Positions 1 through 9,794 of a stretch of 64,000 bases of DNA are shown here, piece by piece. Below the pieces are notes generated by a model that did no database searches, was not told the origin of the DNA, and saw only the letters and a program-made list of their open reading frames with translations. The stretch lies in the sequence record DRR723986_562. The stretch is one strand, 5' to 3'. The number at the start of each line of letters is the position of its first letter. Position 1 is the first letter of the stretch. Position numbers and translations under genes: made by a program.

Positions 1-27
1 CCCTTTGGAGGGGGACTAAGGGGGAGG
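1..27. repeat. GC-rich REP-like palindromic element, truncated by the window edge
   Basis: CCCTTTGGAGGGGGACTAAGGGGGAGG in AT-rich intergenic DNA before trpB. It resembles C-run/G-run hairpin repeats of Bacteroidota. Only one copy seen. Confidence 0.45.
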
Positions 28-73
28 ATTAAATAAGTATCATTCAATCCTAATTGAAATTGATAATTGAATC

Positions 74-1240
74 ATGAAATACACAATAGATCAAAACGGA
101 TATTACGGAAAGTTTGGAGGAGCCTTTATCCCTGAGCTACTGCATCCACCAGTTGAAGAATTAAAAGAAGCTTTTTACGGAATTCTTAAAGACCAAGACT
201 TCAAAGCGGCCTACTTGAACTTGCTTAAAGATTATGTTGGCAGACCAACACCTTTGTATTATGCACAAAGGCTTTCAAAAAAATATGATGCACACATTTA
301 TCTGAAAAGAGAAGATTTGAATCATACAGGTGCACACAAAATCAACAATACAATAGGCCAAATTCTGCTCGCTCAAAAAATGGGTAAAACCGAGATTATT
401 GCAGAAACTGGAGCCGGACAGCACGGAGTAGCTACTGCTACAGTATGTGCTTTAATGGGCATGGAATGCAAAGTGTTTATGGGGGAAGTTGATATTGAAC
501 GTCAAGCACCTAATGTTGCCAGAATGAAGATGCTAGGAGCAGAAGTTGTTCCGGCAAAATCTGGAAGCAAAACACTAAAAGATGCAACCAATGAGGCCAT
601 TCGTTTTTGGATTAATAATCCTTCAACCTATTACATCATTGGATCGGTTGTTGGCCCTCATCCTTATCCTGAAATGGTAGCGCACTTTCAATCCATCATT
701 TCAGAAGAAATTAGAACGCAACTATTTGAAAAAACAGGCAAGTTAAATCCAGATGCAGTGATAGCTTGTGTCGGAGGAGGAAGTAATGCAGCTGGAGCCT
801 TTTATCATTTCCTGGATGAACAAGTAGACTTAATCATTGCTGAAGCAGCTGGTCATGGAATTGATTCTGGTAAATCTGCGGCAACTTCTATTTTAGGAAC
901 TGAAGGAGTAATTCACGGCTCAAAAAGCTTGCTCATGCAAACTGAAGATGGTCAAATTGTTGAGCCACATTCCATTTCTGCAGGCCTTGATTATCCAGGG
1001 ATAGGACCCTTGCATGCGCATCTCATTGACACCAGAAGAGCAAAAGTTCATGCGATTACCGATCAAGAAGCTTTGGATGCTGCATTCATGCTCACTAAAA
1101 CAGAAGGGATTATTCCTGCACTTGAATCTGCCCATGCAATTGCAGTTCTTGAAAAGCAATCATTTAACAATCAAACGATAGTCATTAATCTTTCGGGGAG
1201 AGGAGATAAAGATCTATCTACTTATATGAAGTTCTTATGA
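74..1240 (+). CDS. trpB: Tryptophan synthase beta chain
   Basis: [19 protein letters not shown]-lysine motif, [35 protein letters not shown]. Confidence 0.98.
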   Translation: MKYTIDQNGYYGKFGGAFIPELLHPPVEELKEAFYGILKDQDFKAAYLNLLKDYVGRPTPLYYAQRLSKKYDAHIYLKREDLNHTGAHKINNTIGQILLAQKMGKTEIIAETGAGQHGVATATVCALMGMECKVFMGEVDIERQAPNVARMKMLGAEVVPAKSGSKTLKDATNEAIRFWINNPSTYYIIGSVVGPHPYPEMVAHFQSIISEEIRTQLFEKTGKLNPDAVIACVGGGSNAAGAFYHFLDEQVDLIIAEAAGHGIDSGKSAATSILGTEGVIHGSKSLLMQTEDGQIVEPHSISAGLDYPGIGPLHAHLIDTRRAKVHAITDQEALDAAFMLTKTEGIIPALESAHAIAVLEKQSFNNQTIVINLSGRGDKDLSTYMKFL

Positions 1241-1995
1241 ATCGAATAAATCATTTGTTTAAAACGAAATCAGAAAATGTTTGTAGTATCTTTCTTACCG
1301 CAGGATATCCGAAATTGAACGATACGGTTGAAACTGTACTGGAATTAGAAAAAAATGGCGTGGATATGGTCGAAATTGGGATGCCTTTTTCAGATCCTTT
1401 AGCAGATGGGGAGACCATCCAAGCCTCTTCATTGGTTGCTTTGGAAAACGGGATGACCATAGAATTATTATTCAGACAAATTTTGGCGATTAGGGAAAAA
1501 ACTCAAATACCAATCGTCTTGATGGGCTATTTCAATCCAGTTTTTAAATTTGGATTAGAACTGTTTTTAAGAAAGTGCCAGCTGTCGGGCGTTGACGGAC
1601 TAATCATTCCGGATATTTCGGTGGAAGAATATGAATTGAATTACAAACAAGTATTTGATGAATATGAAGTTCCGCTTACTTTCCTTGTTACGCCTAAGAC
1701 ATCTCAACAACGGCTTGAAAAGATAAAATCACATTCATCTACATTCATCTACTACGTGAGTTCTGCTTCAACTACGGGTAAAACAGGTGAGTTCTCTGAG
1801 AAGCAAAAAATTGATTTTAAAAGAATTCAGAACGAGAAAATTGAACTACCCATTTTGATGGGATTCGGGATTCATGATGCAACTACCTTCAAAACGGCCT
1901 GTGATTATTTTAATGGAGGAATAATTGGTTCAGCCTTTATTAGAAGTCAGTTACAAGCAGAATCGATCTCTAGTTTTATAAGCAAGATTAAATAA
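1237..1995 (+). CDS. trpA: Tryptophan synthase alpha chain
   Basis: [37 protein letters not shown] overlap with trpB. Confidence 0.97.
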   Translation: MNRINHLFKTKSENVCSIFLTAGYPKLNDTVETVLELEKNGVDMVEIGMPFSDPLADGETIQASSLVALENGMTIELLFRQILAIREKTQIPIVLMGYFNPVFKFGLELFLRKCQLSGVDGLIIPDISVEEYELNYKQVFDEYEVPLTFLVTPKTSQQRLEKIKSHSSTFIYYVSSASTTGKTGEFSEKQKIDFKRIQNEKIELPILMGFGIHDATTFKTACDYFNGGIIGSAFIRSQLQAESISSFISKIK

Positions 1996-2031
1996 AAATG
2001 AACCATTTACTCCATTTCTTGTTCTCATTGT

Positions 2032-2652
2032 ATGAGAACACTTTGTATCCTGCTGTTAACCATATCCTTCAACTTAAATGCGCAAAATCTCAATCAATTC
2101 AATGAAAAACGATTGAACATTGATAAAAAATTAATGTTGACATTAGGAGGCTGGTCTTTAACTAATGCAGTGGCTAGTGGAATTGGTTGGGGGACAACAA
2201 CAGGAGAGGCACAACAGTTTCATCAAATGAATACGATTTGGAGCGGATTCAATTTAGCTTTGGCAATTCCCGGATATATTAAAGCAAGAAAAACCGAGAC
2301 AGAAGGGATTCCACTGGGAAAAACGAATCACGAACAAAATAGAACAGAAAAAATATTCTTATTTAACGCAGGTTTAGATTTGGCTTATGTTACAGGCGGA
2401 TTTTATCTCAAGAGTTTAGCAAAGAATAACGTAGTTCAGGAGCAACGACTTAACGGCTATGGAAATTCTGTGATATTACAAGGAGGTTTTTTGTTTTTGT
2501 TTGATTTAACAGCTTACTTAATTCACGCAGCACATAGAAAGAATCAATTGCATCCAATCCTTAATAAAATTGAGTTGTCATCAACGGGTCTTGGAATCAA
2601 ATACCAATTAGGTCAGAGGCTTAACAATCAAGTAAATTATAAGGCATTCTAA
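2032..2652 (+). CDS. Exported/membrane hypothetical protein (DUF6992-like)
   Basis: Signal peptide, glycine-rich hydrophobic segments, FHQMN and NAGLDLAY motifs. Confidence 0.6.
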   Translation: MRTLCILLLTISFNLNAQNLNQFNEKRLNIDKKLMLTLGGWSLTNAVASGIGWGTTTGEAQQFHQMNTIWSGFNLALAIPGYIKARKTETEGIPLGKTNHEQNRTEKIFLFNAGLDLAYVTGGFYLKSLAKNNVVQEQRLNGYGNSVILQGGFLFLFDLTAYLIHAAHRKNQLHPILNKIELSSTGLGIKYQLGQRLNNQVNYKAF

Positions 2653-2659
2653 TTTTTTT

Positions 2660-2696
2660 TGAACCTTTTTGATGTTCGATTTTATTCAATCAAAAC
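2660..2696 (+). promoter_or_regulatory. Putative ECF sigma factor promoter TGAACC-N17-TATTCAATCAAAAC
   Basis: The same boxes, spacer length and 8-nt distance to ATG recur at 47364-47400 (minus strand). An AAC-containing -35 is typical of ECF promoters. Confidence 0.7.
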
Positions 2697-2704
2697 TGAA
2701 TATC

Positions 2705-4636
2705 ATGAAAGCAACAAAATCATTCAACTTACTATTTACTGTATTTATTTTTCTTTTTTCTACTAGCCTGAATGCTCAAATAAATGAGGGGTCAATCAAG
2801 GGCAATGTGTATGAAGTGAATAAGAAAAAACCAGTATTTAATGCGAGTATTCGAATTTCGGGAGTAGATTCCAAAATAGTTAAAAACACCTTATCGGATT
2901 CATTGGGTAATTATGAAGTAACAGGTCTGAAACCTGGGAAATACAGTGTCAAAGTTCAATCACCCAATCATCAAATTTTTAGGAGATCAAACATTGTGGT
3001 TGAGGCAGGAAAAGTTACTGTTCGTGATGTGAAAATGGAAACGCATCAAGAGGTGCCAGATATTGAGGAGGTTGATGATATTTCAATCATTGAAAATAAA
3101 GAAGAGTCCAAATCCGAACGCGATTATAAAGTCAAAAGAAATAAAAGTTATTCATACAATAATGCAAGCGCGCCAGCCAACTCTGGAGTTGGAGGAGGGT
3201 ATTATCATGAAGATCCAACAACTCACAATACGGAGTCGTATAACTCAATTACAGAAAATGGTTTTAAAGCTTCAGTTGCTGAGCCGTTATCAACTTTTTC
3301 AGTAGATGTTGATGCCGCATCCTATTCAAACACAAGAAGATTTATTTTAAATGGACAAAAACCAGAGAAAGGTGCTGTTCGGGTAGAAGAGATGATCAAT
3401 TATTTTAATTATGATTATCCAGACCCAGATAACAATCAACCTTTTTCGATTACAACAGAGGTGGGGGACTGCCCATGGTCTAAGAATAAGTTAGTGCATG
3501 TTGGTTTGCAAGGTAAACGCATTGATAAATCAGATTTACCTCCAAGCAATTTAGTTTTTCTGCTAGATGTTTCAGGTTCTATGAATAATGCGAATAAATT
3601 ACCGCTGTTAAAGAAATCATTTTCGCTTTTGGTGAATGAATTGACAGATCGAGATAAAGTAGCAATTGTTGTTTATGCTGGAGCAGCAGGGCTGGTTTTA
3701 AAGCCAACAAAAGGGTCAGATGGAACAACCATAATGGAGGCCTTGGAAAAATTATCAGCCGGTGGGTCAACTGCTGGTGGAAAAGGAATTGAATTAGCCT
3801 ACAAAACGTGCCAAGAAAATTTCATCAAAGGGGGTAACAACAGAGTGATATTGGCTACTGATGGAGATTTTAACGTTGGTATGAGTTCAGATGATGCTAT
3901 GGAACAACTAATTGTCAAGAAGCGTGAATCAGGAATATTTTTAACCTGTTTAGGTTTTGGAACAGGGAATTATAAAGATTCAAAAATGGAGACTTTAGCA
4001 GATAAAGGAAACGGGAATTACGCTTATATCGACAATCTGTTTGAGGCTAAGAAAGTACTTGTTACAGAAATGGGTGCAACGTTATTAACCATAGCCAAAG
4101 ACGTAAAAATTCAAGTTGAGTTCAATCCTGCGGTTATTGAGTCTTACCGTTTGGTAGGATATGAAAACAGGCTATTAAATAATGAAGATTTTAATGATGA
4201 TAAAAAGGATGCTGGTGAGATTGGAGCAGGACATTCTGTTACTGCCTTGTATGAAGTTGTGTTGAAAGGAGAAGGAGATGGGAAAACTGGAGTCGATCCT
4301 TTGAAATATCAAAATAGCGAGACGAACACAGCATTCAATGATGAAATGCTCACCGTTAAATTTAGATACAAAGCGCCAGATGGTGACAAGTCTAAATTGA
4401 TTGAAAGAACACTACCTAATAAGGTGGTTACCGCGGATAAATTGTCGGATAACTTCAATTTTTCGGCTGCAGTTGCGGAATTCGGAATGCTCTTAAGAGA
4501 TTCTGAATACAAAGGAACAGCAACTTTTGATCATTGTCTTAATTTGGCAGCTAAGGCCAAAGGGAAAGATAAAAATGGATATCGAGCAGAGTTTTTAAGA
4601 TTGGTTGATGCCGCTAAGGTTGTTTATAACAGCTAA
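2705..4636 (+). CDS. Secreted vWA-domain protein (YfbK-like) with N-terminal carboxypeptidase-regulatory-like domain
   Basis: Signal peptide from MKATK (start trimmed to ATG 2705). PLSTFSVDVDAASY, MIDAS DVSGSM, ILATDGDFNVG, YRLVGYENRLL, DAGEIGAGHSVTALYE. Confidence 0.9.
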   Translation: MKATKSFNLLFTVFIFLFSTSLNAQINEGSIKGNVYEVNKKKPVFNASIRISGVDSKIVKNTLSDSLGNYEVTGLKPGKYSVKVQSPNHQIFRRSNIVVEAGKVTVRDVKMETHQEVPDIEEVDDISIIENKEESKSERDYKVKRNKSYSYNNASAPANSGVGGGYYHEDPTTHNTESYNSITENGFKASVAEPLSTFSVDVDAASYSNTRRFILNGQKPEKGAVRVEEMINYFNYDYPDPDNNQPFSITTEVGDCPWSKNKLVHVGLQGKRIDKSDLPPSNLVFLLDVSGSMNNANKLPLLKKSFSLLVNELTDRDKVAIVVYAGAAGLVLKPTKGSDGTTIMEALEKLSAGGSTAGGKGIELAYKTCQENFIKGGNNRVILATDGDFNVGMSSDDAMEQLIVKKRESGIFLTCLGFGTGNYKDSKMETLADKGNGNYAYIDNLFEAKKVLVTEMGATLLTIAKDVKIQVEFNPAVIESYRLVGYENRLLNNEDFNDDKKDAGEIGAGHSVTALYEVVLKGEGDGKTGVDPLKYQNSETNTAFNDEMLTVKFRYKAPDGDKSKLIERTLPNKVVTADKLSDNFNFSAAVAEFGMLLRDSEYKGTATFDHCLNLAAKAKGKDKNGYRAEFLRLVDAAKVVYNS

Positions 4637-5223
4637 TTGTCTTTCGGGTAGTATTTGACCAGTTTACCCAACTCAGCTCGGTTTTTAAATTGGCGAAAAA
4701 GATAAATATTGGTCAAATGATTTTGCTTAAAAGTAAATCTGATTCCCAGGTCGGCGTAGAGGTAATCCGTGTAACTGAACGCTCGATCTGGGAAGAAGTT
4801 TTTTCCCAGTACTTCTTCTACTTTAGAAGCTGAAGTTCCAAATCCAAACTGGTTTCTAACACTAACTTTGTCCAGGTGTAAATCTCTAACGAATCGTGAA
4901 GTTAAATTCATGTAAATGACGCGATCATCTTTTATATAAGCTTTCCACAAGCAATAATCGTTTTGATAATCAAACACGTAAACCTGATCAAATCCTATGT
5001 GATAAACTAATGCTTTATCCAAATCATAATCAGCATCTAGCCATACTTTCTTCTCCTCTTCATAGGAAACAATTTTTTCTGGTTTTCCCATTTCTTTGAC
5101 CAACTCAGCAGTTGTCATTTCAATTTTGATGCGATCGAAACCAAAAGGTGTTTCAATGTTCGATTGACAAAAAACAAAATAGTGATGGATAGAAATTAAA
5201 GAAAGTAGAGCCAAGGATCGCAC
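4633..5223 (-). CDS. Exported hypothetical protein
   Basis: 196-aa ORF with GTG start and signal-peptide-like N-terminus; last gene of a minus-strand run. Confidence 0.6.
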   Translation of the reverse strand: MRSLALLSLISIHHYFVFCQSNIETPFGFDRIKIEMTTAELVKEMGKPEKIVSYEEEKKVWLDADYDLDKALVYHIGFDQVYVFDYQNDYCLWKAYIKDDRVIYMNLTSRFVRDLHLDKVSVRNQFGFGTSASKVEEVLGKNFFPDRAFSYTDYLYADLGIRFTFKQNHLTNIYLFRQFKNRAELGKLVKYYPKDN

Positions 5224-5234
5224 AAATGGAATAA

Positions 5235-5954
5235 TTACATTTTCTCAATATCTCCAGATCCTGTTATCTCAAAGTTTTCTTTCGGGTCACCATTATACAA
5301 GACATCTCCACTACCTGATATTGAAACATCCAACTGCTTGCTAGCAAAAGCCTCGACTGAACCTGACCCATGAATAGAAATTTCAAGAATTTTAGTTTTC
5401 CATTTGACAGCATTAATATCTCCTGATCCACTTATTGCAAATTTACCGTTCTTTGACTTACCATTAGAAAGAATAATGTCACCTGAACCACTAATACTCA
5501 TAAAGAAAGTGTTGCAATCTAAATCTCCAAATTCAATATCACCACTTCCACTTATGTCACAATTTAAATCATCTACTTTAACATAATTTTTAGCGACAAA
5601 CGAACCAGAACCATTCAAAACAATATTATTCATTTCAGGTCCCTTGACAAAAACTTTAATGTTGTCGTTTGAGCTAATATTTGTGCCATCCTTTGTTTTC
5701 AAAACGAGCTTGGAACCATCCAATTCTGTAATGATGTACTCTAATAAATTTTCATTGGTTTTAACCACAACAGAATAGTCTTTGCTCTGATCGAATACTA
5801 CATCTATAGCACCATTAATTTCTAATTCATTAAAATCTATGATACTCCTAATTTCTTCTTTTATGGGTCCTTCTCCCTCAACAGATTTTGTTGAGAAATT
5901 ACAAGAAGTTAGGATAAAAAAAGTTAAGGTGTAAAGTAGTTGAATGAATTTCAT
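5235..5954 (-). CDS. Head GIN domain (DUF2807) lipoprotein, beta-helix adhesin-like
   Basis: Lipobox LTSC; repeated ISGSGDI units. Confidence 0.9.
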   Translation of the reverse strand: MKFIQLLYTLTFFILTSCNFSTKSVEGEGPIKEEIRSIIDFNELEINGAIDVVFDQSKDYSVVVKTNENLLEYIITELDGSKLVLKTKDGTNISSNDNIKVFVKGPEMNNIVLNGSGSFVAKNYVKVDDLNCDISGSGDIEFGDLDCNTFFMSISGSGDIILSNGKSKNGKFAISGSGDINAVKWKTKILEISIHGSGSVEAFASKQLDVSISGSGDVLYNGDPKENFEITGSGDIEKM

Positions 5955-6008
5955 TTTTTGGGCTTCTGAATTAGATTTGAGTTAAGAAATTTGTGGAATA
6001 GTCGAGAA

Positions 6009-6704
6009 TTAATAATCTCCTGCGCCTACGCCAAACAATTTGGATTCATCAAATTCTTCAACTGAATAATCAGCAGGAACACTGAATAATTTTGCATCTT
6101 GAGGTCCAGGTGAAATTTCTTTAACTACTTGAGTGGCGGTAAATGAATTGCCATCTCCCATATCCATTTCAGATTCCATTTTTAGCATAACGCCTTTAAC
6201 TCCTGGGAAAAATAAGCCTGCAGATGCGCCTCCAAATTCTTCTGGGTTTACAAAATCTAGTTCAGTAGTTAACCACACATAAACAATAGTCCCGTCAGTT
6301 TTGTCTTGAATTTTATACTTTCTGCAGTTATAATCTAAAATCTTTTCTTCAGTGTTTTCGTCAGTTACAATAATGTTATTTGCTGCATCTATAGAACGAT
6401 TACTTGAAGTATCCTCATCCATGATATAGGCTTTTTTCTGAAGATCACTGATCAAATAGATCTTACCCTCATCTCCATCCATCAATGTTGCTCCCAACAT
6501 GGCTGACATTCCTCCAATCATCTCAAATCTCACATCCTTGCCTTTGAAATAATAAACAGTTCCAGTTTGCAAAAACATAGAGTATTGCTCAATTCCTTCT
6601 CCTGAATAAGAATAATCATAGGTTACTTTTCCTTCAAAAGGATCTTGTGCAATGGTACCAAATGAACCTAAAATCAAGGCTAGAAATAAGAATGTGATTT
6701 TCAT
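6009..6704 (-). CDS. DUF4412-like exported protein
   Basis: Signal peptide; FEGKVTY, EKILDYNCRKY, VWLT and LFSVPADY motifs. Confidence 0.75.
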   Translation of the reverse strand: MKITFLFLALILGSFGTIAQDPFEGKVTYDYSYSGEGIEQYSMFLQTGTVYYFKGKDVRFEMIGGMSAMLGATLMDGDEGKIYLISDLQKKAYIMDEDTSSNRSIDAANNIIVTDENTEEKILDYNCRKYKIQDKTDGTIVYVWLTTELDFVNPEEFGGASAGLFFPGVKGVMLKMESEMDMGDGNSFTATQVVKEISPGPQDAKLFSVPADYSVEEFDESKLFGVGAGDY

Positions 6705-6770
6705 AATCGAAATTTTAAAGTAAAAGTATGAATTTTAGATGATTGCTACCAATTTTCTTGCCAAGGATAA

Positions 6771-7268
6771 TTAACTGAATAGATCTTTGGATTCAGAAAA
6801 TGCCATTTCTAATTGCAATAAATGCCTCTTGCGCTCTAATCCCCAAGCGTAACCTGTTAAGCTACCATCACTGCCTATAATTCTATGACACGGAATTAAT
6901 ATTGCAATAGGATTTGCGCCATTCGCCGTTGCTATAGCTCTTATTGCTAAAGGCTGTTCCATACGTTCAGATAAGGCTTTGTAAGTTATAGATTGACCAA
7001 TGTCTATGTTACCTATTTCTTCCCAAACCTTCTTTTGAAAAGCTGTACCTTCTGGATTCATAGGAATTGAAAATGTCCTTAATTCCCCGTTGAAATACAA
7101 GTCTAGTTCTTCAATCAATCTTTTTATGATCTCTGGAAGATTTTCAGAATTTACCATCTCATTTTGATCTTCAAATTGCAGATAAATGAGTTGGTCAGCT
7201 TCTAATTTTGCTGTTAAAACTCCAATTGGCGTATTGATGAAATAGCTTTTAATTTCTGTGGATAACAT
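6771..7268 (-). CDS. ogt: Methylated-DNA--protein-cysteine methyltransferase
   Basis: GTAFQKKVW, active site IPCHRII, LTGYAWGLERK; start trimmed to MLSTEIK. Confidence 0.93.
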   Translation of the reverse strand: MLSTEIKSYFINTPIGVLTAKLEADQLIYLQFEDQNEMVNSENLPEIIKRLIEELDLYFNGELRTFSIPMNPEGTAFQKKVWEEIGNIDIGQSITYKALSERMEQPLAIRAIATANGANPIAILIPCHRIIGSDGSLTGYAWGLERKRHLLQLEMAFSESKDLFS

Positions 7269-8007
7269 ATGAATTGGCTTGTGAAAGCGAGGTGACAACT
7301 AAGTCGTTGATGCATAAATGTGCTGGTAGATTGGTAGCATAATAAACAAGTTCAGCAATGTCTTCTGCTAACATTGGTTGATAACCTTCATAAGCCTTGT
7401 CAGCCTTTTCTTTATCCCCGTGAAAACGAACGGTAGAAAACTCTGTGTTTGCTGCTCCCGGGGCTATTTGAGTTACTTTAATCCTATCTTTTAATAAATC
7501 CAAGCGCATTCCTTTCGTGATGGCATCAACTGCATGTTTTGAAGCGCAATAAACATTTCCATTCGGATAAACTTCTTTACCCGCGGTTGAACCTATATTA
7601 ATAATGTGACCATTTTGTCGGGCTACCATTCCCGGAATAACAGCTTTTGATACATACAAAAGCCCTTTTACATTGGTGTCAATCATTTTGTCCCAGTCTT
7701 CGGTTGAACCGTCCTGAATAGGGTCTAAACCTGATGCCAACCCCGCATTGTTTACCAGAACATCAATATTTTTAAAATTATTACTCAACCCTTGAATCGC
7801 CGTGTTTACTTCATGCTCATTTCGCACATCAAAACACAAGCTTTCAACGTTGATCTTGTATTGGCCTTCTAAATCAGATTTTAAAGACTCAAGGCGCTCC
7901 TTTCTTCTTCCTGTAATAATGATATCATGACCATTTTCAGCAAATAGTTCGGCCGTTGCTTTTCCAAATCCGGCTGTTGCTCCTGTAATCAGTACAATCT
8001 TTTTCAT
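7249..8007 (-). CDS. NADP-dependent short-chain dehydrogenase (YdfG-like)
   Basis: TGATAGFG, LVNNAGLASG, YCASK catalytic motif. Confidence 0.9.
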   Translation of the reverse strand: MKKIVLITGATAGFGKATAELFAENGHDIIITGRRKERLESLKSDLEGQYKINVESLCFDVRNEHEVNTAIQGLSNNFKNIDVLVNNAGLASGLDPIQDGSTEDWDKMIDTNVKGLLYVSKAVIPGMVARQNGHIINIGSTAGKEVYPNGNVYCASKHAVDAITKGMRLDLLKDRIKVTQIAPGAANTEFSTVRFHGDKEKADKAYEGYQPMLAEDIAELVYYATNLPAHLCINDLVVTSLSQANSYVIHRN

Positions 8008-8028
8008 AGAAATGAGAATAATTTATTA

Positions 8029-8037
8029 TGTGGATAA
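8029..8037. promoter_or_regulatory. Perfect DnaA box (TGTGGATAA) in a divergent promoter region
   Basis: Reverse complement of the consensus TTATCCACA, between the divergent SDR and paaG-like genes. Confidence 0.5.
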
Positions 8038-8100
8038 ATCTAATAATATTATCACCTCGTTTCATTTAAGAACTATTATTTTTAAGGCAAAAATGACTAA

Positions 8101-8877
8101 ATGAGTTCAATACAATTTGAGATACAAAACGGGGTTGCAATTATTCGATTAAATCGACCAGAAGTATTTAACAGCTTTAATAAAGAAATGGCTTTGTCAC
8201 TTCAAACTCGATTAGATGAGTGTGATGCAGATGATGCCGTACGTGCAATTTATATTATCGGTGAAGGAAAAGCCTTTTGCGCAGGTCAAGATTTGCAAGA
8301 AGTTACTGATCCTAATGGACCAGAGTTAACCTCTATCGTAAGAGATCATTACAATCCTATCATTGATCGTATTCGAAATATAGAAAAGCCGATTGTTGGA
8401 GCTGTGAATGGAGTAGCTGCAGGAGCAGGGGCAAACATTGCATTGGCTTGTGACATTTGCGTGGCAACTGAATCAGCAAGTTTTATTCAAGCTTTTAGTA
8501 AAATAGGTTTGATTCCAGATTCAGGAGGAACATTTACTTTGCCAAGATTGGTAGGTATGCAAAAAGCGGCTGCTCTGATGATGTTAGGAGATAAAGTTGG
8601 AGCTGCAGAGGCTGAAAGTTTAGGAATGATTTACAAGTATTTTTCTGATGACACCTTTGCTGAAGAGTCATTAAAAATTGCTCAGAAACTGGCTAAAATG
8701 CCAACGAAAGGAATTGGTTTAACGAAGAGAGCGCTTAATTTATCAATGATTTCAGACTTAGATACGCAATTGAAAGTAGAAGAAGAATTGCAAACGATTG
8801 CAGGTGGTACGCATGATTATAATGAAGGCGTTGCTGCATTTTTAGATAAAAGGAAACCTGAGTTTAAAGGGAGTTAG
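8101..8877 (+). CDS. paaG: Enoyl-CoA hydratase/isomerase, PaaG-like
   Basis: FCAGQDL, AVNGVAAGAGANIALACD, FIQAFSKIGLIPDSGG; near a paaH-like gene. Confidence 0.75.
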   Translation: MSSIQFEIQNGVAIIRLNRPEVFNSFNKEMALSLQTRLDECDADDAVRAIYIIGEGKAFCAGQDLQEVTDPNGPELTSIVRDHYNPIIDRIRNIEKPIVGAVNGVAAGAGANIALACDICVATESASFIQAFSKIGLIPDSGGTFTLPRLVGMQKAAALMMLGDKVGAAEAESLGMIYKYFSDDTFAEESLKIAQKLAKMPTKGIGLTKRALNLSMISDLDTQLKVEEELQTIAGGTHDYNEGVAAFLDKRKPEFKGS

Positions 8878-8948
8878 TAAATAGTTAATTTGTGATTAGT
8901 TAATTAGAAATGAACGACTTTAATCACCAATCACCAATCTCTCGAAAC
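8875..8948. repeat. Degenerate 7-nt tandem repeats forming an inverted pair
   Basis: TAGTAAA/TAGTTAA units followed by AATCACC AATCACC AATCTCT; GTGATTA (8892-8898) pairs with TAATCAC (8921-8927). Confidence 0.5.
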
Positions 8949-8951
8949 TAA

Positions 8952-9794
8952 ATGAATAAGATAGCTATCATATTGTTCCTAACTCTTAACACTGCAATTT
9001 CTATTGGTCAAGGAAGGGTTGATGGATTTCTTAAAGGAAAAAGGAATCTCGATATTGCTTTGGGTGCCAATGCAGAATTGAATCCAAAATTCTATGCAGG
9101 TTATAATCTGATAAATCTGCCAAGAACCATTGTGAGTGCTAATGCTTTTTTCGCTTATGGCATCACAAACAATTTAGATGTAAATCTATCCATTCCTTTT
9201 ATCAGTGTAAATGGGGTAGAAAATAATATTCAGGATATTGCTTTATTCTTAAAATTTCAATACGCTCAACTAAAAATCGCAGATGGCAAAAAAGGAAAAA
9301 TCAACTTCTTGATTGCTGGAGGGTTTTCTTCCAATATTACGAATTATCAAACAGAAGGTGGATCAGCAATCGGTCAACAGGCCAAAGTGCTTGATATAAG
9401 ACCAGTTATTCACTATCAGGCTAATTCTGGTTTCTTTGCAACAATTCAAGGAGGATATAATTATAAATTTGATCCGGTTCCTAATGCCACGGTTTTTGCA
9501 GCAAAAATTGGATTGGCCAAAGCAAATTGGTACGCCGATATTTGGTATGATGGTCAAATAGGAAGTGGTGGATTTGATTATCAAGGAACACCAGCACCGC
9601 CTTCGTTCAGGGAGTTAGGGGTTGATTATCACAAGATTGGCGGAACATTTTACAAACCAATAAATGATAAATTAGGTATTTATGGAGGTGCTTCATACAT
9701 GCTGGCAGGTCGAAACATTTCAAAAGGAGTAGGATTAAGCCTTGGATTAGTATTTAAACCCAATATCAAACGGAAAAAAATAACAGAAGAATGA
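8952..9794 (+). CDS. Putative outer-membrane beta-barrel protein
   Basis: Signal peptide, alternating aromatic/Gly strands, GLSLGLVF near the C-terminus. Confidence 0.6.
   Translation: MNKIAIILFLTLNTAISIGQGRVDGFLKGKRNLDIALGANAELNPKFYAGYNLINLPRTIVSANAFFAYGITNNLDVNLSIPFISVNGVENNIQDIALFLKFQYAQLKIADGKKGKINFLIAGGFSSNITNYQTEGGSAIGQQAKVLDIRPVIHYQANSGFFATIQGGYNYKFDPVPNATVFAAKIGLAKANWYADIWYDGQIGSGGFDYQGTPAPPSFRELGVDYHKIGGTFYKPINDKLGIYGGASYMLAGRNISKGVGLSLGLVFKPNIKRKKITEE

Noticed and set aside
7257-7265. Perfect DnaA box TGTGGATAA
   Set aside because: Lies inside overlapping coding sequence and is explained by codons; not counted as regulatory
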